The notes under the pieces: generated by a model
The model's input: only the letters and a program-made list of their open reading frames with translations
Told to the model about the DNA's origin: nothing
Databases searched by the model: none
Translations under genes and position numbers: made by a program
In this document: in pieces, positions 63,201-64,000 of the stretch
Numbering within the stretch: position 1 is the first letter of the stretch
Layout of the letters: each line of letters starts with the position of its first letter
Source of the DNA: Chiloscyllium plagiosum
Taxonomy: Eukaryota
Length of the DNA: 64,000 nt
Direction of reading: 5' to 3'
NCBI RefSeq assembly: GCF_004010195.1
Contig: NC_057719.1
Location: 48,718,914-48,782,913 of the forward strand

Positions 63201-64000
63201 TTGCCGCTTTGAATGGAGTCTAGGTATCTGGTCAACAGAAGGAAAATGTATGAATTGAGCAAAAAGGACTCCAGCTCATAATTTGAGCATTGTTTGATGC
63301 TGAATGAGGTTGCCAGATTTACATTGTCTGGTATGTAAGATGAATTAATGCAAAGATATGCAATGTTAAAAAGTATACTACTAAAAATGATGACAATCTT
63401 GACATAAACATATTTCTGGTCTTTTAAGGATTATAATGTATTGAATAAAAAGTTAAGTCATGAATAAAATTCATTTGGAAATAATGCAGTGAAGTGGGAA
63501 GAAATCTGTAATTTTGTTGAATTTACTTTATTGTCGTAAAATGTAAGACAAATTAATAGTACAAAACCATATGTCAACTAGTTACATTGACTTTTTAATG
63601 GGATTCCTATACAGAGTTCTTTTTATACATTAATATATATCTGAATAAAAATAAACTGAGATATTTTGTGCCGATGGTTTACTCATATTTGTATTCAAAC
63701 ATATTTATGTTTTAGTCCTTGTGCTCTGATTCAAGGATTAGACCATATTTTTCAAATCTATTTTAGATAATATTTTGTTAAAGTTGTAGATGTTAATTTA
63801 GTGTGTGCCTTTTCTACAGAAAAGTTGGTTATGAATTTTACATTAATTATATCATTCTGAATGTACAAATTAAGCTTGAGTGCTAAATATTTAGACAATA
63901 CATTCTTACATGTGATAAATGGAGCCTGTGCAATCAAAAGGTTTACTCAATCATTTCTAAATTTAGGTAATTCACACTGATAGCTCCTTTACTGAAAGTT

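Overview
Repeat-rich, AT-rich vertebrate DNA, almost certainly from a shark or ray (inferred from many HE1-type V-SINEs and HER1/CR1 LINEs). It has two assembly gaps (3023-3138, 10160-10523). I see no intact host protein-coding gene. The recognisable ORFs are fragments of CR1, L2, Tx1, Penelope, Gypsy and Harbinger elements. The standout structure is 738-4280: a head-to-tail array of about 15 same-orientation retroposed inserts, each bounded by the motif CACTCCTGTTT(ATA). The inserts are Tx1-clade LINE 3' pieces, an unclassified retroposon, an HE1 SINE with an atypical A-rich tail, a CR1 fragment and short LTR-like flank pieces. The uninterrupted motif lies on the TATA box of an LTR-like promoter (CCAAT...GATATAAACAGGAGTGT, minus strand). 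I infer a sequence-specific Tx1 system that repeatedly hits one promoter site and captures other RNAs in trans. Elsewhere there are hammerhead-bearing Penelope-type palindromic elements with TSDs, a nested CR1 stack, Harbinger transposase and Myb/SANT fossils, a tRNA-Glu pseudogene, a minisatellite and TAAT-rich unique stretches that may be conserved non-coding elements. Family names come from motif recognition, not database searches, and boundaries of old repeats are approximate.
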